Both the position numbers and the translations under genes were made by a program. Below, one piece after another: positions 12,913-27,682 of a DNA stretch of 64,000 bases. Numbering within the stretch: position 1 is the stretch's first letter; each line of letters starts with the position of its first letter. The notes under the pieces were generated by a model. The model was not told the DNA's origin. It saw nothing but the letters and a program-made list of their open reading frames with translations, and made no database searches. Source of the stretch: Nageia nagi (taxonomy: Eukaryota; Plantae; Pinophyta); NCBI GenBank assembly GCA_050084985.1, contig JBITNC010000001.1, forward strand, positions 115,816,001 through 115,880,000. The letters run 5' to 3'.

Positions 12913-15162
12913 GTCAAATTATTAATACCATTATTTTTCATCAAACAAAGGTCATCATAATTAAGGTTCCCAAATCTAACATAGAACAACATATTATATG
13001 GTGGAAGTTTACATTTTTCTTTGAGTGAGAAATGCATAATTATTTAATCAAACAAAATTTCTTATTTGCTTTAGTAGCTTCTTATACTCCATTCTAATCA
13101 TCATAATCTTATTATTGAAAGATCTCCTTATCTCTACCTTTTTGTCAAATATGTGAATGGAATACCTTGTTAATGGATTACAATTAGATAAATAAACTTC
13201 CTCCTTATTTCTAGAAGATATAAAACGTCATGAAGAATATAATTGTAATTCTAAGTAATTTGAGTCTTATAATTCCAATTCCTAAAGGTCTGATGCTAAA
13301 TTTGTCAATAAAGTATACTACTCCATCAATGTTATAATTCAACTCCTCAAATAAGTCTATCCTAAATCTCATGTGACATCAAGCAATAGTATTAAGAAAC
13401 CACACATCTTCCCATGATATACATGAAGTACTGAAAAAATTCTCAATACCAATATTGCACTTGATAATAACAAAATGATTGATTCTAGTATTCTTACTCT
13501 TTTCATCTTTTTGCCTCTTAATTTTCATGTTTATCTTTGATTTTATCAAACTTTTTTTATAGGTTTTTTCATCATGTACATTCCTATTGCATCGAGAATA
13601 ATAAATATTTGAGCTCTCTCCATGGTTACCTCGATTAAATTTAACCTCAACCTATGTTATTCCTACTATGACCACACCTAATACCTTCTCCTCTAGAAGA
13701 ATGATATTATGGATTCATTCTCTTTTGGGTAGTACAAAATGTATATTCAAAATGTTCTATAATATTTTTAGTAAAATCTTTCTCATGCTCTATAATTATG
13801 TTAGAGAATGTATCAAAAGTGGGAGATTTTAACTTACCACTTACTTCAAGTGACTCAAGGTAATTACTATATGTTGGATAAAGGGTCTTAGTCAAGACCA
13901 CAAGATCAATATCTATATTGCAACTAATAGAATCAATATCATACATAATAGCTCAATTTCTAAATTCCATGAGATAGGATCATTATCCTTAAACTTGATA
14001 TTTAAAAGTTTCAATTATAATTAGATTAGTTCTAATTCAGAATTGGACTCAAATAAGTATTTCAACTTTTTCAATGTATCTCATGAATCATCAATTAATT
14101 TAGTGTGATGATTGATGTATTCATTCATGGAAGCAAAAATCAAAGCATATACCTTTATATTTTTATAGTTCCAAATTGTATGTTCCTTAGCATTAATCAG
14201 TTTGGTAGGAGGATTTTCACCATCATAAATGCCAACCAAAAATCATTGAAAATGAAGTTATGTTTGATTTTTCTAGACCACTTTGGATAGTTTTTTTTGT
14301 TGGTCAATACAACACCAACACTACTTATGAGGGAATACAATTTATTTCAAATATTCAACACTCAACTATCTTCAAAATAATATTCATACTTCTTTGAGTA
14401 AATAAAATATCTTTGTAAAAAAATTAAGAAGATTCAAACTATTCTCAAGTTGTAGTCTTTAAAATTTCAGATCTAATGAAGAAATAATAATCCAAATCAA
14501 ATCTATATTATGTATTTTATTGCAAAAAAATTAGTTTGTAATTTTTAATTATAATTTTTACATTTTTAAAATTTTATGTTTTTAAGTCTTAAATTTTAAA
14601 AGTTCATATTTTAAATTTTTTATTTTAAATTTAATTTGGTGGGTTAGGGTTAGATGTAGTTGATTAGTGTTCACACTCATATTAGGTTTGTTATGGTTAT
14701 CGAGTCTACAATGGAAACATTTAGATAGGAAAAAATAGTGCGTGAGGATGAGGTAAATAGGGATGCTTATGGATAGTGAAAATAAGGTGGGTTTCATGCA
14801 AGTTAAGGGGAATTCACTTGATGGGTGCATATTGAGTGAGGTGTGGCATGATTAGAGTCATAATACATGGTGCATGTGAGGTGGTTTCCATGGAGGGCAA
14901 GCAAAGGGATCCATATGATAAGTTTTTGTTAGGAATGAAGGGTGCAATCTTCATAAAGACAAGGCATGCCAATGGGATATACATTAATAGTCTGGGCATG
15001 ATACATGGGTTCCAAGTATGCTAGAAAAATCATGTACTAATAGGAAAATTAATGAACAACATGGTGGTAAGCACACAACACAATGTCTTATAAAATAATA
15101 AGAAAATACCACTTAATAAAATTGCTAGGAAGAACCACAAATCAAATAGATTGAAATCCTAC

Positions 15163-18000
15163 TGATAGATGTAATTTTGGACTTTTATTTTTTGCATAAA
15201 TATGTACCAAAATATTTGAACTAATATATGAAATTGATCAACTCAGAAATGGATATTCAAATATTGACATGAATTTTGATTTGGACAAACAGATTTTAAA
15301 AAAATATTCAAGGAAATTTTTGGTAAATTTTTGTTTCATTTTTCATGGAGATCTAGGGAAAATTAGAAATATCTTTACACATATAAGAATTCATACTATA
15401 GTTAGGTTGAAAAATTCAAGACCTATTCTTGTAGATGTTAGGATCCTATATCCCAAAATTTAATTAGTATTTTTATTTATTTTAAATATTTTTAATTATC
15501 AACATATAATGAATTATAAGGTGGAACATCACACTTTCATAAGGTGAATCATCATTTTCTAATAAACCATTTATTAGGGTTAGGGTGGAATATATATAAA
15601 TACATGTAGGAAGGGAAGAGATATCATCTTGGAAAATGTATTATCTTTCAATTTATGAGGAGGAATCCCCCTATAAGTGGCCTATGATTCATATTGCTAT
15701 CAGTAAAGTTATTTTATTTTGATATTTTAATATCACATTACTTGATTTATATGATCTATTATTACATTTTGAATCCATTGTTATTTTATATTTTACTATT
15801 ATTTTGGCTAAAATATTATTTAAGATCTTTTGGGTTACTAAATGTTAGTATCAAAGCTTTGATTTTTGCTATCTATGGGAAGATTGGAACAAGTTTGATC
15901 AAGTTTAAGACATAAATTTTATCCATTTTTCAATAAAAAAAATTTGCTAAATATTTTTCCATATTTGAGAGTCTCCTTTTAGTCAAATTGAGTTGAAGCT
16001 CTATATTTTATCCATTTTCAACTAAAACTTCACCAAAAAAAATTCCAAATTTGAAAGACTAATTTTGGTCAAATCAAGTTGAAGCTCTAGATTTTATTCT
16101 TCTCCCAGATTAAATTCTACCAAAAAGTTTCTAGATATGCATACCCTAAGTTTTTATCCATTTTTGAAACATTGTGTTTTAAGTATCAAAAATAGAAGTT
16201 TTCAAAATAGGTAAAAACTTCAGAGGATTATATCTCCCAAAACTATGAAGAATTAGCCAATTATGAGAACTTTATATTTTTATCATTGGTAACATTTTTT
16301 TAGAAAAATAGCAATATTTCAAAGCTCCAAAAAAATATTTTGAAGCTTCTAAAATATCATTTGGATACCTATCCCATTATGCTTAATTTTTTTATCATAA
16401 TCATTTTGATATATAATACTCATACACTTTTTTAGTTTTTAAAAATAGAAATTTCTATAAATAGTAATATGGCTAATAGAACTCAAGACTATGACAAATT
16501 ATTCATCACGGTTAACCATATTAGTGAATTGGTTTGTGACATCCACCTCCAAACACTAGATACCTTAAATATAACACCTATGGAATGAAAATATAACACT
16601 TTAAGAAAAAATGTATAACTCATTCAATAAGAAATAGTTGGAGGCATACCAACTAGTTCAAGTGGATCTCAACCATTGGTAGGGCAAGTACACTAGATAT
16701 CCCAAGTACCTCAAAAAGTTTTCATTCATTCAAGGATGACCATGTTAGATTTCTCAAAATTTGATGGTAAATAATACTTCTCCTTAAACTACATCCTTGA
16801 GGTACAAAAGGTCAACATTACCTCATTTCATCTTGAGTAAGAATTTATTCAATGGTAATGGTGGTTTAAGAAGAAAAATGAAATCTCTTATTGGGAATGA
16901 CTCACCAAAAACCTCTTGGTTTAATTTGGATTATGTGATTTTCAAGATTTTATGGAAGCTTTGATAAAACTATGCCAAACAATAATCATCAAAGAATACT
17001 AGACTCAATTTGAAAAGTTGGGCAATCACACTCAAGGATTAGATGAAGCCTTTTTCAAAATAAAATCATTAATGGGTTGAAAGGAGAGATTCATGTGGAA
17101 ATGAAGATGTTCAATCCTAACAATAAGATGGCATGTATTAGGCTTATTAAATTGATTAAAGATAACTTCAATGCTCATGATAAGTAGGTAAAGAAACCAT
17201 TTCAGAAACCACAAAGGTCTCAACTTATCCCAAAACTAAATCTTTGATTATTGATAGAGAAATTTAGTCTAGAGGAAATGAAGGAGAAAAGGGAAAAATA
17301 TCTTTTCTATAATTATGATGAAAAATACAGACCAAACCATTAACGCAACATATAAAAATTGTATTTATTAAATGTCAACATACCAAAGGAGTTAATAAAG
17401 GATGCATATGAGGATGTAGTTGCATCCATAGTGTATGAACCTAATAATACCACTTAGAATACTTCCAAAATATCTTGTAATTCCATTTCATAATTTTATT
17501 TCTCACATACTTTGAAATATCTAGATATTTCAAAGGGTGGACTCTCATTATATGGATTAACTTAGGGAACACATAGTTTCATTGATCCAAAGGTAACCAA
17601 AAAGATCAACTACTATACACAACCTCAAAATAGTTTTAAAGTGATTATTTATGATGATGAAAATATTTTCTTTAATAGGAGATACCACAATCTCAAACTC
17701 AATGTGAGAGAATATCAATTGCAAAGCAACATATACACCCTTACATTGAGGGATATGATATAATCCTTAGTGTTTAATAGTTACAAAAATTTGGGCCTAT
17801 CTTATTAGAACTTTCTAAAATTTGGATGCAATTCAAAGTTTAGGGATACAAATATACTCTTAAAGGACTACACTTAGGACCATAAAAAATTATCAATTCC
17901 CACCATATGGTGAAGCTTCCTTGAAAAGGATGTAAAGGAATGGTGGCACAATTATTTTTAATTCAACAAACCAAGCATGGAAATGACAAATTGTAAGAAT
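15163..18000 (+). mobile_element. Truncated Ty3/gypsy (chromovirus-like) element: probable 5' LTR, PBS, gag and protease
   Basis: PBS-like TAGTATCAAAGC at 15846-15857 (cf. TGGTATCAGAGC, tRNA-iMet). Gag LDFSKFDGK (~16746), SFHLE, EY*TQFEKLGN (~16993). Protease-like INLGTHSFID (~17556) and YDIIL (~17754). No RT follows. Confidence 0.75.
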
Positions 18001-18849
18001 TACAATCATCATAATATCCTATAGTTTAACCCATTAGTATAGTATAAAATTGCACATTAGTATACATATAATTTCATCTTTAGCTCCTTGAGATTTTCAT
18101 CATAATGACCAAATAATTTTATACAAAGTTAGTTTCCTTGAAAATCATATAGGTAAAAAGGCTTGGCCACTAATAACTAAGTATGAATTCTTAGTATATA
18201 AAATAACTTTAGTAGGAAAGGTTACTTCTTTATGGAGGATGCAAAAATATACAAACAATTATAGAAAGCTAAAAATGAAATACCCCTTCTCCCAATTAAA
18301 ATTTTGCCATGTCATTGAGTAAGGAGGAAATACAAACCATTATATATACATAAGAAGCCAAAAAATTTATTATGATAACTAAAATTAAAAAATGAAATCA
18401 ATAAAATACAAAGGATACTTCAAACTATTCAATAAGTAGCAAGCGTATTATTGGTACATTGTAAGTTGAAAATGGAATAGGAGGAAAGAGAAGCACAATC
18501 TATAACACACTAGGTAGATGAATATCAATAACTATCTAATATTAAAATATACTCCAAGTGTTTTAATTTGGATATTGCCCTTCAAATTTATTAATTAGGT
18601 TAAGGGAACCAAAGATTAATTTTCATCTCTTACCCAGGTCTCATGATGTGTATAACAATTTTCATCATCAAACCTTTATTTCCATTTTTTTTTTTAAGAG
18701 ATATGTTAGAATTGAGCAACACATGGAAGTTTAAATATGAACTATAGTTCTATTTTTTGAATTACCTGCATGATGAAGTTAGTTTTTTTCAAGGGTTTAT
18801 GATAAAGCTTCAATCGATAATCATCAAGTAACATATATGTGGCATTATC

Positions 18850-19660
18850 AATGATTTTCTAGTTGACTTAACCATTCCCAAATAATTCCTTGAGAAATTT
18901 AATATGGACTAATACATCTTGTTTAAATTTTGACTTGAAGTATTAAAACATAGAATCAAGAGGTAGAGCCTAGTCTCCATCTTGAAAAAATCTAAGAACA
19001 ATGTATTTATCATGCTACTTCTTCCTCTACTACTCAACTATGTTCACAATACACTAAATAAATTTTGAATTAATATCATATAAGGTGTATAATTAAATAA
19101 TTTATTCTTTATAATTAAAAATAAGGTCAATTACCACTTTAAAATATGTTTTTAAGGTCTACACTTCAAATTCTATGGGCATTACGGTTACCTTACCATA
19201 GACCATTTCATAAGGATTCATGCTTGTAGTTGACTTCCAAGTTGTATGATAGGCCTATACTACTTCCTTAAGCCTAATAGATAAATATATTCAATGTTAG
19301 GCAACTATTTTTGTCAATATAGTTTTCAATTCATTATTATTTACATCAACCTAGCCATTAGACTGAGGGTGGTATGGAGAAGACTTCCTATGTCAAATTT
19401 GATACTTATAAACAAATGTAGGTATGACCTCTTAAATGAATTGATTCCCTTGATGAGATACAATTTCCCTTATTTATATAAATTATTGTAGAATATTTTC
19501 ATAGAGAAAATCAACAACTTTATTTTGATTTATATTCTAGAGTGACTACATCTTAGCTTACTTGGTCATATAATTATTTCATAATAGAATGTGCTGGTAA
19601 AACTTACTAGGAGGGCTAATAGGACCATTAAAATGAAGCCCCCACTTCTCAAAGCAATTT
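18850..19660 (-). mobile_element. Ty3/gypsy (Athila-like) integrase fragment
   Basis: Minus-strand KWGLHFNGPIS (~19615-19650), FLYENI...EIVSHQGNQF, SSPYHPQSNG*VDVNN (~19335-19385), AYHTTWKSTTSMNPYEMVYG (~19195-19255). Confidence 0.8.
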
Positions 19661-19699
19661 GAATCTATGTGAGGATGTTAAGGTATTTCTAAAATTATC

Positions 19700-22600
19700 A
19701 TTATACTTCCCATTCTTTTGCATTGATTGAACACTTATTTTCAATTGATTGAAATATGTCTAGTCTTGATACTGATTTTGTCACTTGGAGTCTAGTTGTT
19801 AATGAAAATGTTAAATTTGTCTATCGAAAACCTAAAAACATGCATCATAGGGTAGCTCTTTCAGTTAAAAAGGAAATAAAAAAAGTATATTATTGTTGGT
19901 TTTATTATTCCCATTTATTATTCTCCATGAATCTCTAACATTGTAGCTATAGCTAAGCTTAATGGTGAAATAAGATGTATAGATTTTAGGGATATCAACA
20001 AGGCATAACCTAAAGTTACCTTTCCTTTTCCTAACATCAATATGGTTATAGAATCAAGTCATGAAATTTTATCTTTCATGGATGGTTTATCTAGTTACAA
20101 TCAAATAAGGATCAATAAGGGGATCAACATAAGAAACATTTGTTACTCCTTAAGGCACATTTTATTGGGTGGTCATGCCTTTTGGTTTAAAGAATGTAAG
20201 TGAAATTTATCAAAGAGAAATAGTAAGCATATTCCATGATATGATCTATGACATCATTGAAGTGTATGTTGATGATATATTAGCAAATTCCATAGCCAAA
20301 TATGATCACATTTTAAATTTGAGAAAGATATTTCATAGAATGAGAGAGTACAAGTTAAATTTGAAGCCTTAAAGATGTGCATTTACAGTTTTTCTAGGTA
20401 AATTGCTTGGTTTCATTATTTCAATAAGAGGTATTGAAGTGGATCCCAAGAAGGTTTTAGCCATTATTGATTTAGCACCTCCCAAGAATTTAAAATATTT
20501 GAGAAGCCTTCAAGGTAAAGTTTAGGTTGTAAGAAGGTTCAGTGCTCAGCTAACAGACATGATTTTCCCATTTTCTTATTTGCTTAAAAAGGTGAGAAAT
20601 GAATTTGGGATGAAAAGTATTAAAAAGTTTTGGACAACATTAAATGGTACCTTACCAATGCTCCATCTTTAATCCCAATAATGCTAGCTTAAAAAGATGA
20701 TAACAATAAAGAAAAAGACATTTATTATATAAGCAAAACTTTATTTGATTATGAGATGAGGTATACTCTAATAGAAAATATATATTTTATAATTATATTT
20801 TCAACTAAAAATTCAAGACACTACATGCTTGGAAATGTAACTTATTTTATAGCTTAGGCTCATCCTCTTAGATATCTCATGTCCAAATCTTACCTTTTTT
20901 GAAGAGCTGCAAAATGGGTAATGTTGTTTCAAGAATTTAATTTGGTCTTTGTCACGTAGAAAGAAATTAAGATCAGGGTATAGTATATTTCATTACAAAC
21001 AAACCAAGAAATAAAGTATCAAAAACTCAGGAGGAGTTTCTAGATGAAGTGATCAGCTATACTATTCATGATCCTAACATCACTGCTATAGTTTAGTGCT
21101 ACCTCTCTACTAGAAAGATAGAGTATCCTCAATTTTTCATTGGGTTTACAAAATATTATGAATGAATATTATTTTTTGATGTTTCTAAGTTCATTCATGG
21201 AGTAGTAGTAGGAATTGTCCTAATCAATACTCTTTATTATGTTATTCATATGTCTTACCATTTAAGTTTTGATTACACTAATAATATGGTAGAATATGAA
21301 GCACTTTTTGAGGTTTAAGGATGCAATACTCAAAGGTAAAAAGGATAAAAATACTTTGTGATTATCAATTGATTATGAAATAAGTTACTAAAATCTACAA
21401 CACAAAGGATGCCAAGTTAAAACCATAGAAGGAAATAGTGATAGGCCTTCTCATATACTTTGATGAGTATCAAATTTATAACATTCCAAGAGATAGCAAC
21501 ATGTATGTCGATGTTATCACTAGTAATGATTCCCTTGATCCTATTAACATAGAAGATGTATAAACCATTCTTACAATCAAAACCATAGGTAATCCATCAT
21601 ATGAGCATGTTGTTGAAGATTTTTTTAGATATCAATATTTTGTAGCTGCTTGTATAAATGTATGTGAATGATATCAAGATATTTTTTATTATCTTAAAGA
21701 TGGAGTGATTCCTATTACCTTTGATCATAATACTAGAATTAGTCTTAAAAATATAGCTACAAAATATATTGTCATTGATGATTTATTATATAGGTGGTCT
21801 TGTGATGGTGCTCTTCGTAGATGTTTAATGAGGCATGAAGTAGAAATAACTCTTAATTAAGATCATAATTATGAATGTGGTGGACACTTTAATGATAAAT
21901 TTGTTTATCAAAGTTGCTTATACTAGGTTATTATTAGCCTACTATGCTTGAGGATTATGAATTGCATATTAAGAAATGTGAATAATATCAAAATAATGCT
22001 AAGCTTCAACCTTATCCTTCTCATGTATTGCATTTTATTTTCTATTTGGGAACTTGACTTTATTGTTATAATTAACCCTATTTCAAGATATGGTGATAAT
22101 TTTATCATTACAACTATAGAATACTTCACAAAATGGGTGGAGGTTATTCCCATGAAATTAGCAAAAAGAGGTAAGATTGTTGAATTTCCTATTAAGTATA
22201 TCATTTCTATATATAGTGTGCCTTCTAAATTGTTCATGTATAATGGTATAAGCTTTAGAGGTAATGAAGTTAAAGCATTTTGTGGTAAATATCATATTGA
22301 AATAAAATTCTCTACACCTTATTATCCTCAAGGCAATGATCAAGATGAAGCTTCTAATAAATTCATAAAGAGTGTCCTATAGCAAAGCATGGAAAATATT
22401 TGCATGATCAACTCCCTTATGCTTTATGGGCCTATAAAATAAGTATAAGGATAATCATAGAGGTAACACCTTTCTCCTTTATGTATAGTTATGAAGTTGT
22501 AGTTCCACTAGAACTAGAGATCCCACCTTTATGTTTGTCAGTAAATGGTCTCATTTCTGAAAAAGATAAAAGAAAAGCTAGATTAGCCCAACTACAAGTT

Positions 22601-22729
22601 CTAGATAAAAAATAGGTAAATACTCTAGAACAGCTTTGTGTTTATCACTCTAGGATCCAAAAATATTATAAAAAAAATATCAACCCTAAAGAGTTCAAGA
22701 TAGGTGATCTAGTATTAAAAGAAAACACG
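19700..22729 (+). mobile_element. Degenerate Tat/Ogre-type Ty3/gypsy pol (RT, RNase H, extra RNase H, integrase)
   Basis: CIDFRDINKA, SFMDGLSSYNQI, VMPFGLKN...YQR...EVYVDDIL (20169-20372), extra RNase H TNNMVEYEAL (~21277), integrase EYFTKWVEVIP, FSTPYYPQGNDQDEASNK, LPYALWAYKIS, FKIGDLVLKEN (~22693-22726). Confidence 0.92.
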
Positions 22730-23983
22730 GTCCCACTTAGGTGCAACTTTACACACACATTTAATCATATTTTAGTCATATTTTATCTTATTATTAAAGA
22801 TTTCTTAGGTTGTATTCTTATGTTTTATGTTAGGTACATCAGGATGAATTCAGCCAATATTTAAAGGGTCAAATGATGTTATCACACCTAATATAAATGT
22901 AAGTATCTCTAACATAGGGAAAGTATGTTAAGATTACATCTTGATAGTGGGTACCCTACACTTGGGTGTTTCTAAATGATGCCTATTAAGACTAGAATCT
23001 TGTTATCACTTGAGCGAATATCTGTTATCCACTTTCATGATCATATGCTCATTTTGACTTATCATCATATTTGTTATCATCAATCCTTGTTGGCAAACCT
23101 CATTCCTCATGAACATTCATGCCCATGCTAAGATCTCAAACATTAGCACATTTGTCTTGGAATGTATAATGCATTATTGTATGATCTCTTCATGTAATTC
23201 ACTTAATACTTAGGGATATTCCTAGATACCTTAAGTATTTAGTGAATATGATAATATAACTTATCCTACACTCCATCTCATAAGCATGCCTTTTGGGTAA
23301 AATGGTAATGCATGCCAAGACATTATACAATACTTAAAAGGGTGATCTAAGGGAGGGTTTTGGCCTATAAATAGAGACCTCCCTCCTTTATATTACACAC
23401 TCAAGTAGTAGGAGTTTTTTAGGAGAATTCTTGAGAAGTTTTGAGAGAGTTCCATTATGATAAGTAATAGAAAAGATGGTTCAAGTGGATGTACTCCCAT
23501 AGTTGGGGGAACCACTATACATGCTTGAATTCTCTTTGTGTGAATGCTTTATGTGTTATTTATATTATCTTAGTGTGATTGTTCTTAGATTAAGTAATAT
23601 TACATCCAAGGTGATCTTGGGTGGAGGTTAATAAATCTTTCAATTCTTTCACCATGTTGGTATTTCTTCTACAATTGTCCTTGGGGTTCACATAGCAAGG
23701 TCACCACTCTTCAACAAGTTAATTTTTCATATCCTTGATCATGATATAGGTAAGGACACACATGTATTTATAGTTGATTCAATTTCTTTCTCTTAAATTT
23801 GTGTAGCTTGTTTCACATCTTGACATAAATGCAATTTGTTATTTCTATTACTGTAGTGTTGTATTCCCTTATTCATGTATGTCTATTTGAGTATATTAAC
23901 TTAGATAATTCATATAATAAATATTTATATGTATTTAGTTAATTTAGAGTGAAACCCTAGGTGATACAAAAATACATATTAAT
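22730..23983 (+). repeat. 5' LTR of the Tat-type element (first ~25 bp missing; contains a solo Copia LTR)
   Basis: Colinear with 39530-40288, from CCCACTTAGGT..AACTTTACACA through CTAGGTGATAC.AAAA.ACATAT.AA.A. Confidence 0.85.
23155..23642 (+). mobile_element. Solo LTR of the Copia family found at 52761-60710
   Basis: Matches the reverse complement of 52761-53248 (TATAATGCATTATTGTA, CTAGATACCTTAAGTATTTA, GTGAATATGATAATATAACTT.TCCTACACTC, TTTTGGCCTATAAATAG, AGTGGATGTACT). Ends ...TTTCA. Absent from the sister LTR at 39497-40288. Confidence 0.85.
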
Positions 23984-24159
23984 ATATTATCATCCACCCA
24001 TTTATGGCTTTTTCTTTCTCTTAATTAAGGTTAAAGAAAAAGTTGCTTTTCAACCTAAAATTCTATCATAATGTCAAACCCATTAAGGGTTTTGTTTACA
24101 CATTATATTCTAAAAATATTCTTTGTTACTAGTAATGATAATGCACATCTTAATACTAT

Positions 24160-26800
24160 ATTTGAGTCCAAGAAAACTCCAAAGAGAAGAAAAATTGGTC
24201 AACATAATGTGGTTCAAAGATGAAATGAAAGAATTCACACAAAACAACCATCTACCAATGTATAGGGACATATAACTAAAGAAGCTACCAATAGCACTTC
24301 ATATCAGGAGAGTTTTGTAGATAGTTTTGATAGTTTAGCTAAGACTATAAATCATAGGATTAATTCAAATAATACTAGATATCAAACTCCTCTAAATCAA
24401 CAACCTCCTATTACAACTGAAGAAGAGATCATTTTTTGATTGGGTTATGATGAGATATTCAATAAGGTTATGAGTTCTAAGGATAATGAGCATAGGTTTA
24501 TCAAGCATTTTAGTGGATTGCTAGTGGAAGAAAAGGCTTATACCATTTATGTACTTGAAGATAAAGAAGTAGCAAAGAATGTAAGTTATGGCATTGTAAC
24601 AAGTATAAGGAGAACATACCTCCTGATGACATGACTCTCACACCTTGCAATATAAATTTGGGATTCTTCATAAATAGGTTTGCACCTCTACCAAATATCT
24701 ACCCGTTTATCCTTTTATATGCTAGCATGGATTCCCACATTAGCACAAGTGTTAATCTTAGTGTGAATGTTGATCCTTATGTAGAAATTGCAATTCCTAC
24801 TCCTCTAGAAGTCTCTATGATGGATGCAGATCAAAAAAATCAATGAGAGATTATCGATCTAATTAATAATGTTAGTGAGAAACTTACTTAACCTACTACA
24901 TTGAATAATTTTCTTCATCATGAAGCTGAAATTGATAATCCAATCCTATTTGATAATGATGATGATCCATTCACATAAGTTGAATAGAACAAATAGGATG
25001 GATAGGTTCCAAAATTTTATGAAGATATAGATATTTTCTTGAAGATGAATGTGAGCAATAAGATCCTACCAAGTATGAAGAGATAAATAAAATTCTTAAA
25101 GAATTTCATACACCATATCCAAATTGGTCATAGGAAGATAACAAGATTAGATCAAAATTCCTTCATTCAATAGATGATCAAGCTATTTCAAACTTAAGTA
25201 TTCTTAAAAAGGTAAAGTATTACACATGGTTACTTTAAAAAATTTAAAATGAATTTAAGGCCAAAATAGGATTATTTCAATTCAAGAATAAGAAACCAGT
25301 CTATTGCACTCATACATATGAGTAAAAATATTAAGAAGAAGAATAAGAAGTAGATAAACTACTTGATCAAGCTATGCAAACCATTCCCATATGAACTCAA
25401 GAAGAAAATGATATAAAATATATAGAAATAGAGAGTGGTTTGTATCAACAACATTGCAAAATATCATTCATGATAGAAATAATAAAATAGGAGCTTCTGA
25501 AGTCTTCAAACCTAGATAGCAATTAACAACCTTTGAAGAGGGACAACATTCAAAACAACCATTAGAAAATATAAGGGAAGTTATTCAAGTAGTCATGCTA
25601 GCACCACCTAGGGAGAATACATTACCAATGATAGCTCAAGATAGAATTGATTGGTTACAATAACAAGTTAGGAAAATAGCAAATTGTCAAGTTTTAAATC
25701 CTAAATGAAATGAAGAAAACAATCCCTTATGTATAGAAATCATAAATATTGTTTTACTTTCTAGCAAAGAGTTGAAGCTCACTAAATTTTATGGTACTAT
25801 TGATCCTTATCTTCATTTATGTATTTGTTTTATGAAGTATATTTAGTCACCTTGGATGAGGACTTGTATGCAAAGTTATTTCCTTTATCTCTAAAAGGAT
25901 AAGCTACAGAATGGTTTAGCAAATTACGACATGCTAGCATTACCATTTTTTATAGTTAAAGACTATATTTTATGATCATTATCAAATATGCATTGCAAAA
26001 AAGGTTTACATTCAATGATTTGATGAAGATAGAGTAAATATAATGTCATTCTATTGAGAATTTTCTCATATTTTGTACTAAAAAGGTTAATCAGGTTTGT
26101 GAAAGTGATGACATAAAAATCATGAATTTCCATGAGGCACTTCAACCAAAGTATACAGCAAAATATTTTGACTATCGTAAACTACCTCTTGATGAGTTTC
26201 TATAGGCATTATTGGAAAAGTAAAGATCCAATATTATTTATGGAGAATGAAAACTTGAATCAAAGCAAAAAATAGACAAGTCACCTTCATAGTATCAACA
26301 CTGATACAAAAAGCAATAGTCCGAAGAAGCTCAAATAGTAGCCAAAGTAGAACAAGTGCAACAACAAAAAATAGTATTAAGTGAAGTTTAAAAAGTGGAC
26401 AAAGAAGAGAAATCATTATATACAAAATGTTATAAATTCCCTAGATAGACATTCACACCTATCCATGGTGATATTGATGATGTCACAAGGGCTTTGATCA
26501 AGAGGAAATTGTTATTGCCACCACCTAAACCTATAGCTCAACCATCCTTTGCAATAGAGGTGCCAAAGGAGTGCAAATTAGATGAGTTCTATGAATATCA
26601 TCACAAATGAGGACATGAGATAAAATATTATTTGATATTGCTTAACAAGATTCAAGACCTAATTGATCAAAAGAAGGTATCTTTCCTAAAATAAAATTCA
26701 TATGATAAGCCAAAGAAATTGAGATGTCCTTAGCATGAGAAGAATAATATCATGGGCATATTCAACAACCCATTCCCAAATTTCATCAAATCCAAGTCAT
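24160..26800 (+). pseudogene. Decayed Tat/Athila-type gag
   Basis: KFYGTIDPYLHL (~25784), KLFPLSLKG*ATEWFSKL (~25873), zinc-knuckle-like FYEYHHK*GHE...KIQDLID (~26587-26667). Confidence 0.8.
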
Positions 26801-27623
26801 CAAACACAAGCATCAACTTTATAATTAATCTCCACTCAACATGGTGAAAAGCTACACATTGTTATTCTTATTCTTGTCATTTATAGTTTTTTTTATATGT
26901 ATGTAATAGTATAGGTAATTTTATTTTGGTTTTTTGGTTAAAATCCAACTAGATACCGGCATCCACACTATAATACAATTCACCTATCTTTCATTCTAAC
27001 CACACTAGGGGCATCCATTACCCCATATCCCTTTGTAACTCCATGTAGATTCTAAGATTAGTGTGAATGGTGGTTTTTCTACCAAATATCAAGAATCCAA
27101 TTGTTCTATGATTTCATCCATATCCTTTTAGAGATAATCTCTTATGCCTTGTCATTTTTTAATATTATTTACTAAGAAAAACTCAACTATGTTCCCTTTG
27201 ATAATTTTTCACTCAAGTCCACCTACCACTTTTTCAAACCTATCATCATTCGTTAGTGTTCAAACTTTTCTAGAGGATCAAATTGATGCCAAATAGGCTA
27301 TAGCTAGAACCATTCGCTATCTATTATACCAGAACTTATCTTGGGTTTCTTTCCATTTTTCCCACAGTTGAAACTTTTTGGTTCCATGTTGCCTTTGTCA
27401 ATAATATAAACATTGATTCACCTTAAATTTTGCACTTAAAATCATTTTTGTTACTTAGGTTCATTTTTTTCTTAAGACTTACATAACCTTAAACCTAGCC
27501 AAATTTCATCTTTTGGTCACCAAAATATGAATTTATGTTCCTTCATATCACCATGATTAGTTAAATCACAAATTGATCCCCTAATTCCTTAGAAATCCAA
27601 GTGCATGTGTTGGGTTCCATTTC

Positions 27624-27625
<2 letters not shown>

Positions 27626-27682
<57 letters not shown>
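27626..27682. repeat. (TA)n microsatellite flanking the 5' LTR
   Basis: Direct reading. Confidence 0.95.

Larger units (their letters stand above)
8874..14400 (-). mobile_element. Degenerate Ty1/copia retrotransposon, interrupted by a CACTA-type insertion
   Basis: Minus-strand remnants: gag (13707-13946 ORF), protease DVWFLNTIA*CHM (~13370-13410), GAG-pre-integrase LFYVRFGNLNY (~12960-12990), integrase HNGMAKRMNK (~11075-11105), RT start AMKKEY..LIKNGTWKLV (~10115-10165). Putative LTR edge TGTTAG at 8874. The outer ends are uncertain. Confidence 0.85.

Noticed and set aside
14500-15100. GC-richer stretch with short ORFs between the Copia gag and the gypsy LTR
   Set aside because: No recognisable domain, PBS or LTR match. 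It is probably TE leader sequence but cannot be assigned.
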